A DNA stretch of 63,339 bases, counting the filler, from Octopus bimaculoides (lineage: Eukaryota), in assembly GCF_001194135.2 (NCBI RefSeq). It is 8 parts of 8 records of this genome, joined end to end, with 100 filler letters (N's around TTAATTAATTAA, not from the genome) between each part and the next. Parts side by side here need not be neighbours in the genome. Positions count along the whole stretch, not along the records: positions 61,558 to 63,339 come from NW_026414624.1; 7 more parts are not named here. One strand, written 5' to 3'. Below the pieces are notes generated by a model. It did no database searches. It had not been told where the DNA came from and was given only the letters and a program-made list of their open reading frames with translations. Positions within the stretch are counted from its first letter, which is position 1; each line of letters opens with the position of its first letter. The position numbers and the translations under genes were made by a program. Of the stretch, positions 63,120 to 63,339 are shown piece by piece.

Positions 63120-63339
63120 TACTCTTTTTACTCTCTTTTACTCTTTTACTTGTTTCAGTCATTTGACTGTGGCCATGCTGGAGCACCGCCTTTAGTCGAG
63201 CAAATCGACCCCAGGACTTATTTTTTGTAAGCCTAGTACTTATTCTATAGGTCTCTTTTGGCGAACCGCTGAGTTACGGAGACGTTAATACAACAGCATC
63301 GGTTGTCAAGCGATGTTGGGGAGACAAACACAGACACAC
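63120..63339 (-). mobile_element. SINE-A 3' half running off the window end
   Basis: (ctcttttta)n tail followed by the SINE-A body with intact CpGs. Confidence 0.88.

Overview
Eukaryotic, AT-rich, microsatellite-rich genomic DNA with many N-gaps, very likely from an octopus (inferred from SINE families I recognise from memory). It is not prokaryotic: no CRISPR, operons, rRNA or intact tRNA genes were found. One protein-coding gene is well supported: a minus-strand EFHD1/EFHD2 (swiprosin-1) homologue with three coding exons (31881-32028, 30140-30277, 27452-27583). All three have clean AG/GT junctions and consistent phases; the N-terminal exon(s) could not be found. The rest is tRNA-derived SINEs of several families, two DD37D (maT-type) Tc1/mariner copies, remnants of Tx1/L1, CR1/Jockey-like, R4/Dong-like and Penelope-like retroelements, MITE fragments and simple repeats. 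Nearly all ORFs in the supplied track are microsatellite, gap or TE artefacts. The most interesting signals are: a CpG-depleted domain (~21.9-41.8 kb) over the gene, also visible in its SINE copies; retroelements stacked in specific microsatellites; a 2x2 head-by-tail SINE shuffling matrix; two hammerhead-ribozyme-like motifs; a dense CRE/E-box/TGACCT cluster; and an unexplained 217-codon ORF. I see no convincing wholly new multi-gene system. Repeat boundaries are approximate (tens of bp); exon, TIR, TSD and motif coordinates were counted directly.
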